Source of the DNA: an uncultured Spirochaetota bacterium
GTDB lineage: Bacteria > Spirochaetota > Spirochaetia > SZUA-6 > Fen-1364
DNA length: 64,000 bases
Assembly: GCA_963820525.1 (NCBI GenBank)
Contig: CAWGAA010000001.1
Location: 2,720,001 to 2,784,000 of the forward strand
Direction: 5' to 3'
Part shown: piece by piece, positions 1 through 9,907 of the stretch
Numbering within the stretch: position 1 is the first letter of the stretch
Layout of the letters: every line of letters begins with the position of its first letter
The notes under the pieces: model-generated
What the model saw: only the letters and a program-made list of their open reading frames with translations
Databases searched by the model: none
What the model was told of the DNA's origin: nothing
Made by a program: the position numbers and the translations under genes

Positions 1-2444
1 CCGAGGGCGGAGTTGGTTCCTCCAAAGTACGTGAGCAAGCCCGAGCTCGCCGATCCCTTGAGTTCGAATCCGAGGAGACATCTTCGAAAGAGCGGGATGC
101 CCTGGGCAATGTCGATCGATACCCGATTCTCTACTGCGGCTGAGCGGTAGAGCCAGTTGATGTCGTCTGAAAGCACTGCCAGGGTGCCGCTCTTCTGTGC
201 AAGATCCAGGGTGAGCGATGCGTACCCCGACAGGAAATCCGAGGCGGGATCGGTGAGATCGAGCCCGACAAGCGAGCCGCCCAGCGAAAGGGAAAGCACG
301 GGATAGTAGGTTCGAAAGCTCGAGCCGAGGTCCACGTCCATCATGAAATCCTGCGTGAAGCCGAGGCCGATACCGGCAATCTCCGAGGGGTAGAGGTAGG
401 TGGCACGAAGCGCGGCGCTCAGGCTGCCCGTGAGCTTGAATCCCGCGGCCAGGCCGAGACCGACACCGTAGGCGGAGAGAGCGCCGGGGTCTGACGGCAC
501 CGAAACAACGGGTGCCAGGCTCACGGAGTAGCGAAGATCGTCGGCAAGCACCATTCCCAGGCCGAGGTCCAGCCTGCCCGAGCCCGGCTCGCCGCCGATG
601 AATGGGTACGGCGCGTACAGCTTGTCCGCGGCTCCGTCGACGAGCCAGTAGTCGGGGCCCGCGGCGTAGACAATACCCCTGGGCAGGAAATTGTTCTTGC
701 GGTTGTAATCCAGGTTCTCCGCGTCCTTGTCCACGCCGGCGTACTTCACCCTCCTGTCGCTCTGATAGGAATACTCCCCCGGCGCATCCACGGGGATTTC
801 ATGGATCGTGCCGTCCTCGGTGAACACCGTGATGGTTGTGGGGATGAAGATGCCGCTGTCGCCGTTGTCCCGGACCCTGAAGTCCGCGCGGTACCCGGCG
901 GAAGACGGCTGATTGACAGTCCCGGAAAGCTCGTAGTCGACGCTCTTCGTGCCTGATACGAAGGCGCTGAAGAACGGCCCTAAATCCCTGCCGGTAGCGC
1001 GCTCGAGAAAAGACTCCAACTCCCGGGTCGAAGAATGCCGGTAGCGGTATGCCGCCGCGTACTGGGAAAGGGCTTTGTCGAGGCTGTCGCCGCCGCAGTA
1101 GCGCGCCAGCATCCCCAGCACGAAATAGGGCTTGTCGTAGTCGATGATGGATTGAGCGTTTGCGATCTTGCCGGTTATCGGCGCGTCAAGAGGAACATCC
1201 CAGCCCATGAACGCGTTCCTGCTGACGCCGTAGAACTTCTTGCTTGCCCAGGAATGCCCCCACAGCGGAGAGATATACAAGTCTCCCAGCACGGCAGCGA
1301 TATCGGGCTGCGGCGCGAAGAGATTATTCCACCTCCCATAGAGGCCTTCGAAGTAGACAAGCGTCGAGTAATCATTGAGCCCCTCGGAGAGCCAGTTCTC
1401 CGAGAGGAAATCCGCGGGCGTGCCGATTCCCCAGTAGAGGTGGCCCAGCTCGTGGGCCATCATGTATTGGAGGATCCGCGCCTCCAGGCCGGGAAGCACG
1501 CGGTCCACCCCCCCGAAGACGCCGTCTCCCGCCAGCACCAGGGAATCCGCCGCCATGCCGTACGCTCCGGGGTTGCCCTGCACGATGCTCACGAACGATG
1601 CCTCATAGGGGAAGTAGCGCCGGGAGTAATACTCGAGGGTTTCTCTGGCGTACCCGCTCACCAGGTGCGCCGCGCTCTCGGCGGTCGGCCTGTAATACAC
1701 GTCGAGGCTTTTCGTGTCGGAAAGCCAGCCGACGCTCAGGACCTTGTAGCCCTTCAGGCACACGAGCGGCAGAGAGACGACGGGGGAGGATGAGGCCACC
1801 TCTATTTCGTTGCCCGTCCTCTTCCATGCAGTGCCGATGCGGGCCATGTCCCAGCCCGCGGCCAGGGCGAGATGCGCCGTGTAGGTGAAGGGGGTGAGCT
1901 CGTAAGCGTCGAGCTTGCCTCCTCCGACGATGGAGGGAAACCAGGAGAAGCGGCTGAACATCTTGTCATCGAAGAAAAAATCGTCCGAGCCTCTCTTGTG
2001 GGGGAGCCGCGCGGAATAGTGAAACGCCACCTCGATCGCATCCGCTTCGCGGGCGCCGGAGAGGTCGATCTCGGCGTACATCCTTTCAAGATTGTACGTG
2101 GTGAAATACAGGGGCGCGGCGGCGTAGCTCGCCGCGGAGGGGCTGCCGTTCACCGTGAGATCCGAGATCCGTGCCGAGCCGGCTGAGAAACCGTCCGGGC
2201 CCCCGCTTTCCAGCAGAGGGAAGATCTTGGGGTTCGGGGCTTCCCCATTGTTGAGGTCCAGCCGCAGGAAAAGCTTGCCCGCCGCCGAGAGATCCTTGGG
2301 AACTGAAATTTTCACGGTTCCCTCGATGAGGCCCTTCTCGGGGCTGATGGAGAGGTCCAGCCGGTACGCGGGCGTCTGGGCCGACAGGGTTTGCCGGCAG
2401 AAGCCGAACGCGAGAATGAAGAGGGCGAACACCGCAGTTTTCAT
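1..2444 (-). CDS. Secreted M1-family (gluzincin) zinc aminopeptidase with a beta-strand-rich C-terminal extension; 3' end runs off the window
   Basis: Not in the ORF track; read by hand. ATG at 2444 after GGAGGAAG, signal-like start MKTAVFALFILAFGF, in-frame MAHELGH (about 1440-1460) followed by ENWLSEG (HEXXH-x18-E) and YDKPYFVL. Confidence 0.85.
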   Translation of the reverse strand, partial: MKTAVFALFILAFGFCRQTLSAQTPAYRLDLSISPEKGLIEGTVKISVPKDLSAAGKLFLRLDLNNGEAPNPKIFPLLESGGPDGFSAGSARISDLTVNGSPSAASYAAAPLYFTTYNLERMYAEIDLSGAREADAIEVAFHYSARLPHKRGSDDFFFDDKMFSRFSWFPSIVGGGKLDAYELTPFTYTAHLALAAGWDMARIGTAWKRTGNEIEVASSSPVVSLPLVCLKGYKVLSVGWLSDTKSLDVYYRPTAESAAHLVSGYARETLEYYSRRYFPYEASFVSIVQGNPGAYGMAADSLVLAGDGVFGGVDRVLPGLEARILQYMMAHELGHLYWGIGTPADFLSENWLSEGLNDYSTLVYFEGLYGRWNNLFAPQPDIAAVLGDLYISPLWGHSWASKKFYGVSRNAFMGWDVPLDAPITGKIANAQSIIDYDKPYFVLGMLARYCGGDSLDKALSQYAAAYRYRHSSTRELESFLERATGRDLGPFFSAFVSGTKSVDYELSGTVNQPSSAGYRADFRVRDNGDSGIFIPTTITVFTEDGTIHEIPVDAPGEYSYQSDRRVKYAGVDKDAENLDYNRKNNFLPRGIVYAAGPDYWLVDGAADKLYAPYPFIGGEPGSGRLDLGLGMVLADDLRYSVSLAPVVSVPSDPGALSAYGVGLGLAAGFKLTGSLSAALRATYLYPSEIAGIGLGFTQDFMMDVDLGSSFRTYYPVLSLSLGGSLVGLDLTDPASDFLSGYASLTLDLAQKSGTLAVLSDDINWLYRSAAVENRVSIDIAQGIPLFRRCLLGFELKGSASSGLLTYFGGTNSAL

Positions 2445-2550
2445 CAGCTTCCTCCGCTTTTCGATACTATAACATCAGTTGGGATGGGCTTGGATATCGG
2501 GCCTCCCTCATCTTGAAGCTCGCGGGGGCTTTCAACTACACTCGCCGGGC

Positions 2551-3213
2551 ATGGGCGTGCGTTTCGACTGCGTTATCTTCGACTTCGGCGGCGTTCTCTC
2601 TTTGCCCCAGGACGCCGAGCGTGTCACGGCCATGGCGGCGCAGTGCAATCTTTCCCTCGACGTATTCCGCCGCGAGTATTCTGCGCGGAGGCCCGCGCTT
2701 GACAGGGGCGACATCGATCGGGACGGATATTGGACGCCGATTCTTACCGCGGGGAGCGTGCCTCCTTCCCAGCAGATCCTCGACCGGCTGGCAGAAGAGG
2801 ACATGCTGGGATGGACCAGGATCAATGGGCGCACCCTGGCGTGGTCCTATGAGCTTCGTCGGACGGGAATGGGGACCGCCATTCTTTCCAACATGCCCCG
2901 ATACATCCTGGACATGATGCGCTCCCAGAAGCGGTTCGACTGGATCTCCGATTTCCCGCTCTCCATTTTCTCCTGCGACGTGCGTCTCGCGAAGCCCGAG
3001 CCCGCCCTCTATGCGCTCTGCCTGGAAAAGCTGGGGCTGCCCGCCAAGCGGTGCCTCTTCATCGACGACAATCCCGAAAACGCGGCTGGCGCCGCGGCGG
3101 CCGGAATCGATTCGTTCACCTTCCGCTCCGATCGGGAAACGGCGCGGGAGGTTGAACGCCGTGGCGCGGGGGGCATACCCGTGGAAAGCCTCCTCCGCGA
3201 TGCTATAGTGTGA
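2551..3213 (+). CDS. HAD-superfamily hydrolase (haloacid dehalogenase-like phosphatase)
   Basis: IFDFGGVL motif I, ILSN motif II, AKPEP and FIDD motifs; start set at MGVRFD. Confidence 0.9.
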   Translation: MGVRFDCVIFDFGGVLSLPQDAERVTAMAAQCNLSLDVFRREYSARRPALDRGDIDRDGYWTPILTAGSVPPSQQILDRLAEEDMLGWTRINGRTLAWSYELRRTGMGTAILSNMPRYILDMMRSQKRFDWISDFPLSIFSCDVRLAKPEPALYALCLEKLGLPAKRCLFIDDNPENAAGAAAAGIDSFTFRSDRETAREVERRGAGGIPVESLLRDAIV

Positions 3214-3252
3214 GGGCCCAAAAGCGACGGGCGGTCCAGCAAGGAGGGTTTC

Positions 3253-5031
3253 ATGCGGCCGGAAAGCGTCAAGTTCACAATCTCGTTCAGCTTGAGGCTG
3301 AAGATCACCCTCACGTTCCTCGTGATCGGCGCCCTTGTGAGCGCCTTTCTTTCCATATCCATGTTCCAGATCCTCAATACCCGCCTGTTCAGCGAGCTTC
3401 AAAGCCGGCTGGGAAGCCTGGCTCGGGTGGGCGGCAGGCTCGTCGACGCGGACGCCCTGGCGAGGCTTGTCGCCCGGCTGGGGCCGGAGCTCGGGGCGGG
3501 GGAGATCGCCAAAGCGGAGAAGAGCGAAGACTTCCGGCGCATCTCCGCCACCCTCAATTCGATCAGGGACATCGAGCCGAACCTCGTCCGCTACGTCTAT
3601 ATCTTCTCCCCGACAGCGGAGCCGGACAAAGCAATGTTCGTCGTCGACGCGGACGTCCTCGCGGACACGGCCAAGGGGGAGGCAGCGGAGAACATCTCTC
3701 ATTTCTCCTCACCCTTCGATATCACCGAGTATCCGGTTGCAGGGCAGGTGATCTCGGAAAGGCTGCCCATGGTGGAGAAGAGCTACTCCTGGGATCCCGA
3801 TTTTAAGGTCAACTCCCTCACGGGGTACGCCCCCATTCTGGCGCGTGACGGAAAGACGCTCCTCGGCGTGCTGGGCATCGACATGGTGGACACCGATGTG
3901 CGAAACACCATGCGGAGCGCTCGGACGGTTGCCGCCGCGGTGATCGCGGTCGCGCTTCTTCTGACCATTCTTTCCTCGATCCTCCTGGGGACGCTCTTCA
4001 CCCGGGGGATCATCTCCCTGGATAATGTGGTGCGGCGATTCGACAAGAGCAACCTCGACGTGCGCGCCGAGATCCGAAGCCGCGACGAGGTCGGCAGGCT
4101 TGGGCATTCCTTCAACATCATGGCCGAGACGGTGCAGGGCTACAGCCTGCAGCTGGAAGCCCTCTTGAACGCGTACGGCCGCTTCGTGCCGCGCGAGTTC
4201 CTCACCCTGCTCAACAAGGGCAGCATCCTCGACGTGAAGCTGGGCGACCAGACCCAGCGGGACATGACGGTGCTGTTCTCCGATATCCGCAACTTCACCT
4301 CCCTGTCGGAGTCGATGACGCCCTTCGAGAACTTCAACTTCCTCAACTCCTTCCTCAAGCGGATGGGTCCCGAGATCAGGGCGAACGGCGGCTTCATCGA
4401 CAAGTACATCGGAGACGCGATCATGGGGCTGTTCCCGGGCACCCCCGAGGAGGGGCTGCGCGCCGCCGTGGCCATGCAGGAGAAGATGACGGAGTACAAT
4501 TCTCACCGCGCCAACAGCGGGTATCAGGCCATCAGCATCGGGATCGGGGTCCACACGGGAATGCTGATGCTGGGCACCCTGGGAGAGCACGAGCGGATGG
4601 ACGGATCCGTGATCTCGGACGCGGTGAACCTCTGCTCGCGGCTGGAAGGGCTCACGCGGGTGTATGGGGCGTCGATCCTCACCACGGGAGAGACCGTGAA
4701 CAAGCTTTCCCGCCGCGAGGAGTTTCACTTCCGATTCATCGACAGGGTCAGGGTCAAGGGGAGGAAAGAGACGGTCCTGATCTTCGAGGTCCTCGACGGC
4801 GACTCGCCCGGAAAGCGGGAGAAGAAGCTTGGCTACCGCTCCGAGTTCGCCCGCGCGCTCCAACACTACTACGGCCGGAGGTTTTCCGAAGCCCTGGCGA
4901 TCGTCTCTTCGCTGCGGCAGGCGAACCCCGAGGATGTGGTGCTGGGGATCTACCAGAAGAGGTGCAGGCTCCTCTCGGAATTGGGGGCTCCCGAAGGCTG
5001 GCGTGGCGTGGAGGTGCTGGAGAGCAAGTGA
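3253..5031 (+). CDS. Membrane-bound class III adenylate/guanylate cyclase (2 TM, periplasmic sensor, HAMP)
   Basis: Two TM segments, HAMP (DEVGRLGHSFN), FSDIRNFT, DKYIGDAIM, DAVNLCSRLE; SD AAGGAGG. Confidence 0.92.
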   Translation: MRPESVKFTISFSLRLKITLTFLVIGALVSAFLSISMFQILNTRLFSELQSRLGSLARVGGRLVDADALARLVARLGPELGAGEIAKAEKSEDFRRISATLNSIRDIEPNLVRYVYIFSPTAEPDKAMFVVDADVLADTAKGEAAENISHFSSPFDITEYPVAGQVISERLPMVEKSYSWDPDFKVNSLTGYAPILARDGKTLLGVLGIDMVDTDVRNTMRSARTVAAAVIAVALLLTILSSILLGTLFTRGIISLDNVVRRFDKSNLDVRAEIRSRDEVGRLGHSFNIMAETVQGYSLQLEALLNAYGRFVPREFLTLLNKGSILDVKLGDQTQRDMTVLFSDIRNFTSLSESMTPFENFNFLNSFLKRMGPEIRANGGFIDKYIGDAIMGLFPGTPEEGLRAAVAMQEKMTEYNSHRANSGYQAISIGIGVHTGMLMLGTLGEHERMDGSVISDAVNLCSRLEGLTRVYGASILTTGETVNKLSRREEFHFRFIDRVRVKGRKETVLIFEVLDGDSPGKREKKLGYRSEFARALQHYYGRRFSEALAIVSSLRQANPEDVVLGIYQKRCRLLSELGAPEGWRGVEVLESK

Positions 5032-5074
5032 AGCCCGGCACGGACGGCTAGTGAGGGGACTCCCCGGCAGGACC

Positions 5075-5446
5075 GCGAGTCGGAAAGCGTTCACCATACA
5101 TATCGCTGGCGCAGGCGGGGGACAGGCCGTGGTTGAAATACGCACTCGAAGTGCTCTCTGAGATACTCTTCAAGCTGCCTCCAGCAGCCTGTGTCGTTGC
5201 GGGGGCGGAGTCCGCCGGCGGATGGGAGGTATCGGTGGCAGATTCGGGAATCGGCTTGAGCGAGAGCGAGCAGGCCAATATCTTCCAGGAGGGGTGAAGA
5301 GCCAGAAAACGTCGGGGATTGCGGGGACCGGGTTGGGGCTTGCCACCGTCAAGCGCGTCGTAGCAGAGTATCGGGGGAAGATTTCCGTGACATCCCGGCC
5401 CGATGAAGGCTCGACCTTCGTCGTGAGCCTCCCGAAGGGCGCGTGA
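5075..5446 (+). pseudogene. Isolated histidine-kinase ATPase (HATPase_c) C-terminal fragment with a frameshift
   Basis: WEVSVADSGIG (G1 box) and NIFQEG, then after a missing G in a G-run near 5291-5294 GTGLGLATVK...GSTFVVSLP (G2 box). No ATG, H-box or N-box upstream; 5' limit approximate. Confidence 0.6.
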
Positions 5447-5458
5447 GGAAGCGCTGCC

Positions 5459-5800
5459 TCATTTCTTCCATAGCGAATCGAGCTTCACGAAGATGCTCTC
5501 CTGAGAATCCCCCGGGGCCCCGTTCTGCAGGGAAATGTCGTACACGATCCGAAGGATGAAGTCCTGGACCTCGGGGTTTGAGATCCCCCGTGCCATCTCG
5601 AAGAAGGCGTCCTCGTCCTTCACGCTTTTTTCGAACTCCTCCAGATCCTCTTCGTAGTCGTTGAAATCGAGGTTTCTGTAGATCACATCCAGATCGTCCA
5701 GCTCCGATTCTGCGATGACGCCGTCCGCAAGCATCGTCGTTTTGATGCAGCCGGCCAGGAAGACCCGCTCCGTGTGCGAAAGCTTTTCCAGCGCTGACAT
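5459..5800 (-). CDS. TerB-like (tellurite-resistance-family) small acidic protein
   Basis: MLADGVIAESE motif typical of TerB-like folds; SD AAAGGAGG. Confidence 0.65.
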   Translation of the reverse strand: MSALEKLSHTERVFLAGCIKTTMLADGVIAESELDDLDVIYRNLDFNDYEEDLEEFEKSVKDEDAFFEMARGISNPEVQDFILRIVYDISLQNGAPGDSQESIFVKLDSLWKK

Positions 5801-5916
5801 GGCGCCTCCTTTCGTACTCGTTCACGTGAAAATGTACGAAGGGCGATCCGGCAATACAAGCTTTGCCCCGTGCCTTGAAGGGGCACCCGTTTTTCTGTAC
5901 TTTGTCCCCAGGATCA

Positions 5917-6375
5917 ATGGTTATCTCCACCAGTATCCTCGAGTGGGTTGGGCTCATGCTGGGAGCGGCCGTCGCCGGTGCTCTCCTCGGCCTCGTGTTC
6001 GTTCGCTGGAGGCTTGTGCGGCGCGTCCAGGCAGAGCTGGGCAAGGAGAAGGTCCTCCTCGTCACCACTTCCCGGCTCGGGCTCCTGGGGGAAGGGCAGC
6101 CGGGATGGCTGCTTGACGCGGGGATCCTGATGCTCCTGAAAAGCGGCCTGTACTACCACTCGTGGTTCAGCAGGAGGGAAATCTTCATTCCGGGAGCCGC
6201 GATAACGTACATCGGCGTGGCCGAGTCAAGGAACGGCAAGAGCTTCGAGAAGGGCGCCGTTACCCTGCGTTTTCTCAATACCATGGGCAAGGAGGATGGC
6301 GTGTTCATCCGTTTGCTTTCCCCGGATCAGTGGGTTACGGCCATAAAGGCCCATCTCATCGCGAGGCCGGTATAG
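5917..6375 (+). CDS. Hypothetical protein with N-terminal membrane anchor
   Basis: Hydrophobic N-terminus; ends 2 nt before aroC; upstream TTGAAG-N17-TACTTT. Confidence 0.7.
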   Translation: MVISTSILEWVGLMLGAAVAGALLGLVFVRWRLVRRVQAELGKEKVLLVTTSRLGLLGEGQPGWLLDAGILMLLKSGLYYHSWFSRREIFIPGAAITYIGVAESRNGKSFEKGAVTLRFLNTMGKEDGVFIRLLSPDQWVTAIKAHLIARPV

Positions 6376-6377
6376 CC

Positions 6378-7511
6378 ATGGCGGGAAGCACCTTCGGCCG
6401 GCTGTTCACCGTATCGACCTTCGGAGAGAGCCACGGCCCGGCGGTGGGGGTCGTGGTTGACGGGATGCCTCCCGGCATTCCGGTCTCAGAAGAGGAAATC
6501 CAGATCGAGCTGAACAAGAGGAGGCCGGGTCAGAGCTCCCTCACCACTCCCCGGGATGAAAAGGACAGGGCCGAGATCCTTTCCGGCGTCTTCAATGGAA
6601 TGAGCACGGGAACCCCCATCGCCATCCTCATCAGGAACGAGACCCACAGGAGCTCCGACTACGAGAAGATCAAGGAGATGCTCCGCCCCGGGTACTCGGA
6701 TTTTTCCTACTCGGCGAAGTACGGCATTCGCGACTGGCGCGGCGGTGGGCGTTCGTCGGGCAGGGAGACGGCGGCCCGGGTCGCGGCCGGCGCCCTGGCC
6801 AGGAAGCTTCTGGCCAGGAGCGGGATATCCCTGGTCGGCTACAGCCTCGAGATCGGCGGGATACGGGCGGCAAAGATAGATGCGGCCGAGATCGAGCGGA
6901 ACCCGGCGCGCTGTCCCGATCCCGACGCTGCGCCTCTCATGATCGAGAGGATCGAGCAGGCAAAGGCGGCCGGGGATTCGGTGGGCGGGATCGCCGAGGT
7001 GGTTGTCTCGGGATGCCCCGCCGGCCTCGGGGACCCCGTATTCGACAAGCTGGAGGCCCTGCTTTCGCACGCGATCATGTCGATCGGAGGCGTGAGGGGC
7101 GTCGAGGTCGGAGTGGGGTTCGAAGCGGCTCGCATGCGCGGCTCAGAGTACAACGACGAGCTTTTCTTCGAGGAGCGCCGGGTGCGCTCCCGCACCAACC
7201 ACGCCGGCGGAATCTCGGGCGGCATCTCAACGGGCGAGGACGTGGTAGTGCGCGCCGCGCTTCGGCCGCCGGCGTCCATCTCGCTTCCGCAGAAAACGGT
7301 GGACGTTCGGGGGACGCCTGCCACGATCGAGATCTCGGGAAGGCACGACCCCTGCATCGTTCCCCGCGTGGTCCCCGTCCTGGAGGCCATGGTCGCGCTG
7401 GTCCTGGCCGACTGCCTGCTGGTGCAGGAGGCCGAGAGGTCCCTGGGAGGCGGGGCCGACGGCCCGGAGCAGAAGAGCTCTTCAGCCTCGGGCGGCCGCG
7501 GGAAGAGTTGA
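6378..7511 (+). CDS. aroC: Chorismate synthase
   Basis: STFGESHG, RRPGQS, GGGRSSGRET, GRHDPCIVPR signatures. Confidence 0.97.
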   Translation: MAGSTFGRLFTVSTFGESHGPAVGVVVDGMPPGIPVSEEEIQIELNKRRPGQSSLTTPRDEKDRAEILSGVFNGMSTGTPIAILIRNETHRSSDYEKIKEMLRPGYSDFSYSAKYGIRDWRGGGRSSGRETAARVAAGALARKLLARSGISLVGYSLEIGGIRAAKIDAAEIERNPARCPDPDAAPLMIERIEQAKAAGDSVGGIAEVVVSGCPAGLGDPVFDKLEALLSHAIMSIGGVRGVEVGVGFEAARMRGSEYNDELFFEERRVRSRTNHAGGISGGISTGEDVVVRAALRPPASISLPQKTVDVRGTPATIEISGRHDPCIVPRVVPVLEAMVALVLADCLLVQEAERSLGGGADGPEQKSSSASGGRGKS

Positions 7512-7555
7512 CACGGGGCCCCGATTCGGTATTCACTAGGTCGATTTCAGCTGCT

Positions 7556-8023
7556 ATGGCCATGAAACTCAGGCAGTACGTAAAACCGGAGTGTTTCATA
7601 CACGACCTTACCGAGAAGAGCCGCGAGGATGCCCTGCGGAGGATCGTTCATGCGGTGGCCGAAAAGGGCTTCGTCCGCGATGAACAGGAGATCTTCACCA
7701 AGCTCATGGAGAGGGAGCTCATCCAGAGCACCGCGGTGGGGGAGGGCATCGCCATTCCTCACTGTTTCAGCGAGGAGATCGCGGACCTCCTCATCGTCGT
7801 GGCGCGCTCCATCTCGGGTGTCGAGTTCGACTCGTTCGACGGGAAGCTCACCCAGGTGATCTTCCTCCTCCTGGGCAACAAGAACGAGCACGGCCTGCAC
7901 CTCAAGGCCCTCGCGCGGATCGCGCGGCTGATCAAGAACACCCAGTTCATCGAGAAGGTCATCGGCTCCGCCACCGTGCAGGACATGCTCGCCGCATTCG
8001 ATGAGGAGGAGGCCAAGATATAA
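7556..8023 (+). CDS. PTS IIA (PtsN/fructose-mannitol type) domain protein
   Basis: ERE..QSTAVGEGIAIPH with the phosphorylatable His; HLKALARIARL. Confidence 0.9.
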   Translation: MAMKLRQYVKPECFIHDLTEKSREDALRRIVHAVAEKGFVRDEQEIFTKLMERELIQSTAVGEGIAIPHCFSEEIADLLIVVARSISGVEFDSFDGKLTQVIFLLLGNKNEHGLHLKALARIARLIKNTQFIEKVIGSATVQDMLAAFDEEEAKI

Positions 8024-8355
8024 TGAAGCTCCTTTTCATCGTTCTCAACTCGAGCGACAAGCTGGAAGAAGTGCTGGAAGGGCTTATCGAGGTGGGGGTG
8101 ACGGGTGCCACGGTCGTGGACAGCGTCGGGATGGGGCACATCATCGAGGGGGTTCCGCTGTTCGCCGGGATGCGCTCCCTTTTCAGGTCCGCCAAGCCCC
8201 GCAACAACACCATCTTCTCCGCCATTCGCGATACCCAGGTAGACGAGACCATGGAGATGCTGGGCAAGATCCTCGGCTGCTCCGGCGAGGCCAAGGGAAA
8301 GGCGTCCGGCCTCGCCTTCGTGCTTCCCATTGAAAGGGTCATCGGCATCTGCTGA
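8023..8355 (+). CDS. PII-like (GlnB-fold) protein
   Basis: 110 aa; GVTGATVVDSVGMG and C-terminal GLAFVLPIE; start overlaps the upstream stop (TAATG). Confidence 0.75.
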   Translation: MKLLFIVLNSSDKLEEVLEGLIEVGVTGATVVDSVGMGHIIEGVPLFAGMRSLFRSAKPRNNTIFSAIRDTQVDETMEMLGKILGCSGEAKGKASGLAFVLPIERVIGIC

Positions 8356-8374
8356 TTCTGCCGGGCCAACGAGC

Positions 8375-9907
8375 ATGTATGACGTTGCCGTGATCGGCGC
8401 CGGGGTCTCTGGGGCGGCCGTCGCGCGGCGGCTCTCCGCCTACAGGATCTCGGTTGTCATGCTGGAGGGGTGCTCCGATGTCTCCTTCGGGGTATCCAAG
8501 GCCAACTCCGGGATCATCCACGCCGGTTTTCACCACAAGCCATCAACCCTGAAGGCGCGCCTCGAGCTGCGCGGCAACTTCATGTTCGACCAGCTGGAGG
8601 CCGAGCTCGCCTTCCCCTTCCGCAGGGTGGGGATCATCGTGGCCGCATTCTCCTACGAGGAGATGAAGACCGTGGAAGGGCTCTACGCCCAGGGAATCTC
8701 GAACGGAGTGCCGCAGCTTGAAATCGTGGGTCGGGAGAGGCTGCTTGCCCTGGAGCCCGTGTTGAGCCGTGATGCGGTGGGGGGATTGTGGGCGCCCACC
8801 GGCGGCATCATCGAGCCGTACCGCTTCGTCTTCGCACTCGTCGAAAACGCCCAGGCAAACGGGGTGGCTCTCTTGACGGACTGGAAGGTGAGCGGCGCGA
8901 AGCGCCTTTCCGACGGGTGGGAGCTGCGCTCGGAGCGCGGAGAGAATCTCCGGGCCCGCTGGGTTGTGAACGCCGCCGGCCTTCACGCCGATGAGGTCTC
9001 CGCGCTGTTCGGGGCGGAGGTCTACGAGATCCGTCCCAGAAAAGGAGAAGAGTTCATCCTGGAGCGAAATGCCTCCGGGCTTCCCTCCCGCGTGATCTTT
9101 CCGGTGCCCGCGGCGAACTCCAAGGGGGTGCTCGTCATCCCCACGGTGGAAGGAACGATGATGGTGGGCCCCACCGCCGAGGACGTGATGGACAAGCGGG
9201 AGACGGCCACGACTCCGGAGAACCTCGATCGGGTCTTTGCCCTGGCTTCCCGCATGGTGCCCGCCATCTCCAAGAGGGACATCATCACCTCCTTCGCGGG
9301 GCTTCGTCCCACGCTGCCGGGAGACGATTTTTACATCGCGCTCTCCGAAAAGGCCCCCCGCCTGGTCCAGGTGGCGGGGATCCAGTCTCCCGGCCTCACG
9401 GCATCACCGGCCATCGCCGAATACGTGAAAGACCTGTTGAAGAAGGACGGCATCGAGCTTACCGAGAAGCCGGATTTCGAGCCTTCGCTCGGCAAGTCCA
9501 TCAGGGCCAGGGAGCAGACCCCGGAAAGCCTCGACGTGCTCGCGAAAAAGGATCCCGCGTATGCTCACATCGTCTGCCGCTGCGAAGGGGTGTCGGAGGC
9601 GGAGGTCGTGGAGGCGATCGGCAAGGGCCACGTTACCCTTGACGGGATCAAGTTCTATACCAGGGCGGGGATGGGCCGCTGTCAGGGAGGGTTCTGCACC
9701 TACAGGATTCTTTCAATCGTGGCGCGGGAGACAGCGCTACCCGTTGAAAGAATAACCAAGAGAGGGGAGGGGAGCAACCTGCTGATCGGCCGGATCGGCG
9801 AGGACGGCACCGGTGAAGGCAATGGCGTGGAGAGGCGCCGCCCGCAGCGAGAAGGAAACGACGGCATGGAGAGGCGCCGCCCGCGCCGGCAGAAGGGCCC
9901 CCGATGA
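8375..9907 (+). CDS. FAD-dependent oxidoreductase, GlpA/LhgO type, with C-terminal BFD-like [2Fe-2S] domain
   Basis: GAGVSG Rossmann motif, SKANSGIIHAG, GIQSPGLTASPA, VCRCE...GMGRCQGGFC. Confidence 0.9.
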   Translation: MYDVAVIGAGVSGAAVARRLSAYRISVVMLEGCSDVSFGVSKANSGIIHAGFHHKPSTLKARLELRGNFMFDQLEAELAFPFRRVGIIVAAFSYEEMKTVEGLYAQGISNGVPQLEIVGRERLLALEPVLSRDAVGGLWAPTGGIIEPYRFVFALVENAQANGVALLTDWKVSGAKRLSDGWELRSERGENLRARWVVNAAGLHADEVSALFGAEVYEIRPRKGEEFILERNASGLPSRVIFPVPAANSKGVLVIPTVEGTMMVGPTAEDVMDKRETATTPENLDRVFALASRMVPAISKRDIITSFAGLRPTLPGDDFYIALSEKAPRLVQVAGIQSPGLTASPAIAEYVKDLLKKDGIELTEKPDFEPSLGKSIRAREQTPESLDVLAKKDPAYAHIVCRCEGVSEAEVVEAIGKGHVTLDGIKFYTRAGMGRCQGGFCTYRILSIVARETALPVERITKRGEGSNLLIGRIGEDGTGEGNGVERRRPQREGNDGMERRRPRRQKGPR

